64,000 bases of DNA from an uncultured delta proteobacterium. Lineage in GTDB: Bacteria; Desulfobacterota; Binatia; UBA9968. The position numbers and the translations under genes are program-made. The stretch is from assembly GCA_963745835.1 (NCBI GenBank), contig CAVUZH010000003.1, positions 1,184,001 through 1,248,000 on the forward strand, in the 5' to 3' direction. This document shows, in pieces, positions 58,366 to 64,000 of the stretch; positions within the stretch are counted from its first letter, which is position 1, and every line of letters starts with the position of its first letter. The notes beneath the pieces were generated by a model. The model was not told the DNA's origin. It did no database searches and was given only the letters and a program-made list of their open reading frames with translations.

Positions 58366-59491
58366 TCAGCCCTCCCAGATCGGCTTCACATTGGTATCGA
58401 GCCACTTCTTGGGATCTTCGAGGTACAGTTTGTCAGTCACCGGGATCGCCTTCGTCCCTTTCGGGAACGCCACCTCGATCGAGGTCTTGGATTCGAAATC
58501 ATTCCGGGAAGACTCTCGGCCCACGGCGTCGATGACCTTTTGCCCCTCATCGGAAATCAGCCACTCGGCAAAAAGTTTCGCCGCATTCGGGTGAGGCGCC
58601 TTGGCGTAAATACCCGCCTGTCGCGGGAAAACGACTGGCGGAACGCTCTTTACATAATCAATCGGCGTTCCTTTCTCCTTGTCGTGTATCACGTCGTGCA
58701 ATAATGCCGGCATACAGATCGCATACTCACCGGCGACAACAAGCCTGAACATGGCGCTCGTGCTTTTGTGAACCGGCACGTTCAGCGTCTTGAGCCCCTT
58801 GACGAACTTATTGAATCTCGTTTGATCGTTCCACTGCGTCCACAGCCCGGCCAACATCGAACTCAGTGGTCCGGCTCTCATGGGATCGTCGAGCGCTACC
58901 TGTCCTTTGTACTTGGGGTTGGCGACATCTTCCCAGCTTTTTGGAAGATCGGCGGCCTTAAGCTTCTTGGTATTGTAAGTCAACGCTTGCACCTGCAGAC
59001 TTACCGTCGGCAAAGTTGGGTCATGGAGTACCAACACGTCTTTCTGAACGGTTTCATAAGACGCCATGGCACCGGCGGCGCGCAGCACTGATGGCGCATT
59101 GTCGGACAGAATGGTATCGACACTCGGTTGACCGCCCTGAAATTCCGTCAAAACCCGCGTGACGATCTCGGGATTGCGACCCTGCCAATAGGTCGTTTTG
59201 ATGCCCGGGTAGCGCTTTGCAAAGGCATCCGTGACTGCGCGGATATGCTCCACATCCCATACCGAGTAGACGATCAAATTCCCTTCCTGTTTCGCTTTTG
59301 GGTAGAGTTCCTTGCTGACTTTTTCGAACGCCTTGGCGGCGTTGGCCGTGGCGTTGGACGACCGCTTTCTGGCCGCTGCTCTTAGCCTCCTTGCCCGCCT
59401 TGGAAGGCGCGTCTGCCGCTTGCCCCGGGGCGCTGAAGTAAATGGCCCCCGAGAGTGCGATAGCTGTTACTATCAAATAGTTCTTTTTCAT
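58366..59491 (-). CDS. ABC solute-binding protein; frameshift near 59385
   Basis: The signal peptide MKKNYLIV... is in one frame; AKQEGNLIVYS...PHPNAAKLFAEWLISDEGQ is in another. Confidence 0.8.
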
Positions 59492-59530
59492 TTTCGCTCC
59501 CCCTTGTTGATGCTGTTTATAAGTCTCATC

Positions 59531-61291
59531 TCACAAACTGAACTTCATTTTGAACGCAAACTTGGCGATGGATACTGCGATAATTAGGATAATCAGATAG
59601 ATCACGCCGCCGGCCGCTGCTTCCGCCCATTGTCCTACTCGGAAATATTCAAAGAGAGTAACTGGTCCATATTCTTTGCCGGGCGAGGTCAACAATATGG
59701 CAACGTCAACGTTGCGGATGGACTCGATAAAAATATAGAACAGCGCACCGCCCACCGACGGTTTCAAAATCGGTAACGTGATCTTGAAGAACACATGGCG
59801 CCAGCGCGCGCCATGCACCCAGGCGGCCTCGTCGAGTTCTTTATGGATATTCACAATGGCACCGGATGCATTGCGAAAAGCGTATGGAAAATACGCCACA
59901 AAGAGTCCGAGCCCTAGCGCCAATAAACTGTTGTAAAGCGGGGTACCCAAGAAAATGATCACCAGCCCAACCGAAAGCACCAGGGGCGGAAACGCCAGCG
60001 GCAAGGTGCCGATAAATTCAAATATTTTGGTGCCGTGGGCGCGGGTTCGATAAATCGTGAACGCCATGATGATCCCCGACAACACCGTGACGACGGCAAT
60101 GGTCACCGACAGGGTCAGTGAATTGTAAAGACCATTAACGAAACTTGGATGCTTCATCACCGTAAAGTAGTTGGTCAAGACGGCATTGGTAGGAAACTGC
60201 ATGAAAGTCGAATAATCGAAATAAGGTATCATCGAGACTACAATGAGCACGATGAACGGGATGGCGATGCCCACCAGAAAATAAAATAGCACGGCGAGAA
60301 ATGTGATGTACTTCCAGGGGCCGATATCGATCACTTTGACACGATAGCCCTTGCCGGTAATCGTCGCGTAGCGCTCTGAAAAACGTGTGGCTCGGATATA
60401 GAACATCAGAGTAATAACCGAAAGAGCCACCAGAACCATGCTGTAAGAGGTCGCTAGCCCGGTGTTGAATTCCAAAGCCATGGAGTCGTAAACGCGCGCG
60501 ACGAAAACATTGATACCGCCCGGCGTGCCTTGTAACACCGGTGTCTCGAACCCGCGCAGGCCGCGCAAAAAGTTAAGGACAAAGGCCGAGAGGAACGCGG
60601 GGACCGCCAGCGGAAAGGTTATGTGTAGCATCGTATGAACCGGCTTGCTGCCCGCGATATACGCGCTTTCCTCGAGTGACGGATCGAACGATAGAAACAC
60701 TGGCAGCAAGAAAAGATAGCCTAATGGCACGCAGGCCAGGCCGAACACCCAAATCATTCCAGCCAAACTGAAGGCGTTAAACCACAGCGGATTGGTCCCG
60801 GTAAGCTGCTCGATCATATTGTTGAGGATGCCGGATTTAGGTGCCAGCAACAGAATCCACGCGATGTTTTTCATGATTGGAGGCATCAAGATAGGATAAA
60901 GCGGCATCAGCTCGACCAGGCGTTTCCCAGGGGTATTCGTGCGCGCGACGATCCAGGCCAGCATTGCCCCGATGCCAGTACCCAGGGCCGCCGATCCGGC
61001 CGCGTACAAAATAGAATTGTTGAGCAGTGACCAGATCTGTTGGTCGGCAAAAACGCGCAGATAGTTCTCCGCAGAAAATCCGATGGCAGCGCCGAGCTTG
61101 CCCGTGGTGACGCTGCGCAGCAACACAACGATGACCGGAGTAATGATTGCACCCCCGGCAATCAGGCTTGCCAAGATCGGCACAAAGGTTCCTTGGCGGT
61201 ACGCAAGTTTGAAGGAATTCCAGCTAATTGTCGTTTCTCCTGGTATGCAGTTTCGCGCGTAATCGATGGAAGGCGTCCGCAACAATCTCAA
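59531..61291 (-). CDS. ABC permease, FbpB-type with two TM domains
   Basis: Two EAA loops (LEESAYIAG, LDEAAWVHGA). Start uncertain; TTG 61291 overlaps the ATPase stop. Confidence 0.88.
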   Translation of the reverse strand: MRLLRTPSIDYARNCIPGETTISWNSFKLAYRQGTFVPILASLIAGGAIITPVIVVLLRSVTTGKLGAAIGFSAENYLRVFADQQIWSLLNNSILYAAGSAALGTGIGAMLAWIVARTNTPGKRLVELMPLYPILMPPIMKNIAWILLLAPKSGILNNMIEQLTGTNPLWFNAFSLAGMIWVFGLACVPLGYLFLLPVFLSFDPSLEESAYIAGSKPVHTMLHITFPLAVPAFLSAFVLNFLRGLRGFETPVLQGTPGGINVFVARVYDSMALEFNTGLATSYSMVLVALSVITLMFYIRATRFSERYATITGKGYRVKVIDIGPWKYITFLAVLFYFLVGIAIPFIVLIVVSMIPYFDYSTFMQFPTNAVLTNYFTVMKHPSFVNGLYNSLTLSVTIAVVTVLSGIIMAFTIYRTRAHGTKIFEFIGTLPLAFPPLVLSVGLVIIFLGTPLYNSLLALGLGLFVAYFPYAFRNASGAIVNIHKELDEAAWVHGARWRHVFFKITLPILKPSVGGALFYIFIESIRNVDVAILLTSPGKEYGPVTLFEYFRVGQWAEAAAGGVIYLIILIIAVSIAKFAFKMKFSL

Positions 61292-62385
61292 ACGATAATG
61301 CTGATGGCGGATGGGTCGATCAAGAGAAAGGTCTTGCCGCGCTCTCCATCCACGTTGATCATGGGACACAACTTATGCGAGGTAACCACCAGCTCACGTG
61401 AGCCGATTTGAATATGGTGATCGGTAAGACCGCCGCGAGATTCTCGACTGGTCATCTGTCCTTGGAGCATATTATCGCTCCCGGCTGCAAAAGCTTCATG
61501 ACTCAAGCGGATCTCACTGGTGCGGATAACCACCTGACACGCTTGGCCCGGTACCACCCGCGGGACCGCCGGAGACCGCAGCGTGGCTCCGTCGAACTCG
61601 GCGATCGTCACCAAGCAATTCGCCCCATGGACCTCGACGATTTTGCCTTCAACTAAAGTCGAGTGGCCAATGAAGGAGGCGACAAACGAATGAGCCGGAC
61701 GGTTATAGATTTCGTCGGGAGATCCATATTGCAGAATCTTGCCACTTTCCATGACGATAACTGAATCCGATATGGTGAAGGCCTCCTCCTGATCATGGGT
61801 GACATAGAGCGCGCTAATACCGACCTTCTTGATTAGCTTTTTAAGCTCGCTACGCATCTCTTCGCGCAGTTTGGCGTCGAGATTGCTCAGCGGCTCGTCG
61901 AGCAAGATGAGTCGCGGCTCCAGCGCTAAACTTCGCGCCAATGCTACGCGTTGCTGTTGGCCCCCGCTCAACTGTGAAGGATAGCGTTCCTCCTTACCCT
62001 GTAAACCGACCAGCTCAAGGGCATTCAAAACCTTGCGTCGAACCTCGTCTGTCGGCAGCTTTCGTAGCTTCAGACCAAACGCAACATTCTTGAACACGGT
62101 CATGTGCGGCCAAAGCGCGTAATTCTGAAAAACGAAACCAATCTCCCTGGCATAAGGCGGGATAAGGATACCCTGCTCAATCGACGTCTGAACCTGATCG
62201 GCGATGGAGATGGAACCCCCATCGGGAACCTCAAGGCCTGCAATAGATCTGAGTAAGGTGGTTTTCCCGCACCCAGAAGGCCCGAGAAAGGAAAGAATGC
62301 CGTGGTCAAATTCAAAGCTCACGTCGTCGAGAGCCTGAACCTCATTGAACCGCTTACGCAATCGTTCGATCTTTAAGATAGCCAT
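61288..62385 (-). CDS. ABC transporter ATP-binding protein (FbpC/PotA-like)
   Basis: GPSGCGKT, LSGGQQQRVALAR and LLDEPLSNLD motifs. Confidence 0.95.
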   Translation of the reverse strand: MAILKIERLRKRFNEVQALDDVSFEFDHGILSFLGPSGCGKTTLLRSIAGLEVPDGGSISIADQVQTSIEQGILIPPYAREIGFVFQNYALWPHMTVFKNVAFGLKLRKLPTDEVRRKVLNALELVGLQGKEERYPSQLSGGQQQRVALARSLALEPRLILLDEPLSNLDAKLREEMRSELKKLIKKVGISALYVTHDQEEAFTISDSVIVMESGKILQYGSPDEIYNRPAHSFVASFIGHSTLVEGKIVEVHGANCLVTIAEFDGATLRSPAVPRVVPGQACQVVIRTSEIRLSHEAFAAGSDNMLQGQMTSRESRGGLTDHHIQIGSRELVVTSHKLCPMINVDGERGKTFLLIDPSAISIIV

Positions 62386-63715
62386 GGCTTGCGGGCAAAA
62401 AGCTCGAGCACAAACAATGTCAACACCGATCCATTATTTGCTTCAATGTAAGTTCTGGTTGAAGATATCAAAGCCAAATTCAGTATTCCCTGCTCATCAC
62501 GTCCTGACCGAATGTTGGTTGTTTAACTGCTTAGTGGTGCATCACGGAATTCGACACCAGCATGATGTACCGTTCTTGCCCCGGGCGATAAGCCACCAGC
62601 GACGAACTGAAATTCTTCTACTCTAAAGGCGACGAAAATGGAAACCAAATCGTGCAGAGCGAATCCAGTATCGGGATCAACAAGAACAATGCAAACCCGC
62701 ATCAGCGAGTTGCTGGGCAATTCTTTTCTGACTTAAAGCTATCATCGCCAATTTGAACTCGTTGCGAGCGCCAGATTCTCCTGCTTCCGTACCCCTTGCC
62801 AAAAATAAATCCTGTGATACATAACCCGTCCGTTTTTGGTTCGGAGATTCTTAGATGGGGGTACTCATCTGATCAAGATGCGGAAATTTCTATCGAAATT
62901 CAGGGAAGACTTATTGCCTGTTTCTCTTTTAATGCTTTTTTTTCTGGGGCTCTACCTGCTGCTGGCTGCATTCTTAATCACCACGTTCCAAGGAGACTAC
63001 GTCACAAGTTCGGCGACCCCGCCGGCGTGCGATCCTCCCAACGCTCTCTTGAGGAGGACGCCCCGCTCTAAGATGACAGCTCCGCAATCGCTCTGCACAT
63101 AGTTGGAGGACACTTAGCCCCTTACTCATATTAAGGGAGCGACGCGTGATGTAATCCATAGAAATTCTTCAATATCGGAGGTACAACATGGTAATAGACT
63201 CGGTACTAAGAATATCGATGCTTTTTGGAGTACTGGCATCACTGATACTATGGCTCTTTCTGTAGTTGCGCGGGCCTAGGAAGATCTATTGTAAAATTCT
63301 ATGGAGGCTATTGAATAATACTTCGAGCCCGGTACATTGAAGGCATGGATTTTATCGACCTGATGTTGGCAGTTCTAGGAGCTGTGTCGGCCGGATTTGG
63401 TGTTGTTCTCATGATTCATGAGTGGCGAAACCTTGACTCGTTCAGGCGTCGTCTCACTCCATCCAATAAAGCCATTCTTCGTGAATAACATCCACGGCGA
63501 AACACCTGCAGCTTCGCCGAATCGTCAGCACCGCAATCGCTTACCTAAGTTGGAAGCCACTTGTTCGATGGTGCCGCTTAATAGTCAATGGACACGGCTT
63601 GTCTAGTCGATACAGTATTGTAGGTCCACCAGGTAGAGCCGCGACTCAGAGGCCATCGGCATAGCTGCGGCATGAACAGCTTGGACTCGGGTCAACGATT
63701 CAAATGGGGCCCGAG

Positions 63716-64000
63716 TTAGTCCGCAACCTTGATGATTTTTGATTTCTTCAAGGCTTTCCAGTCCTGATCTTTTTCGAGCAGCTCCACTGGGAACTGTCGC
63801 TGGATCCTCTCAAAGACAATTCCTTTCTTGGCGTCGTAAGTAGCATGCACCAGCAGCGCTGATGTCCAACCACCTTCCTTTAGCCTTCTTAGTCGCAATA
63901 ATTCGGTGAATGAGCCGTTGCGCGCGAATATGGAGATATTGTATCGAATGTACTCTTCCTTGGGATCGATGGGGTACACGCCTAAGGGTTGCCACAAGTC
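63716..64000 (-). CDS. Hypothetical protein, probably 5'-truncated by the window edge
   Basis: Open frame up to the window end with protein-like composition; no recognisable motif. Confidence 0.45.
   Translation of the reverse strand, partial: DLWQPLGVYPIDPKEEYIRYNISIFARNGSFTELLRLRRLKEGGWTSALLVHATYDAKKGIVFERIQRQFPVELLEKDQDWKALKKSKIIKVAD

Noticed and set aside
62689-62736. MQTRISELLG, resembling a nitronate monooxygenase N-terminus
   Set aside because: Only about 10 codons of similarity; too short to support.

Overview
A 64-kb bacterial window of moderately high GC. Its gene content (many ABC solute-binding proteins, UbiD, Rieske oxygenase, amidohydrolase, FAD oxidoreductases) resembles soil/aquifer Deltaproteobacteria-like lineages such as Ca. 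Binatia; this is an inference. The left half is almost entirely minus-strand. It holds an LLM oxidoreductase/opine dehydrogenase/enolase/M24 peptidase block and a two-gene DRHyd-TPR-SLOG + patatin module. Next is a selenocysteine-dependent glycine/sarcosine/betaine-reductase-like cluster that the ORF track splits: grdA and grdB each read through an in-frame UGA followed by a SECIS-like hairpin, with grdC and three divergent grdE-like paralogs that lack the usual cleavage cysteine. An IS110 element has inserted into a ~126-bp MITE-like repeat in this cluster; its core duplication, circle-junction promoter and all four bridge-RNA guide segments are readable by eye. An aromatic-acid catabolic block follows, with deletion scars and short-tandem-repeat-flanked micro-elements. 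The right half has a RavA/ViaA-like AAA+VWA pair with a cysteine dioxygenase, a sigma54-promoter stress cluster, decayed IS3/IS481 and S1/P1 nuclease remnants, dnaJ-cbpM-like genes, an elongated deoxyhypusine-synthase-family gene, tRNA-Ser(GCT) and an Fe3+/thiamine-type ABC transporter. Several genes carry frameshifts that may be assembly errors. All family calls come from motif recognition; no searches were run.
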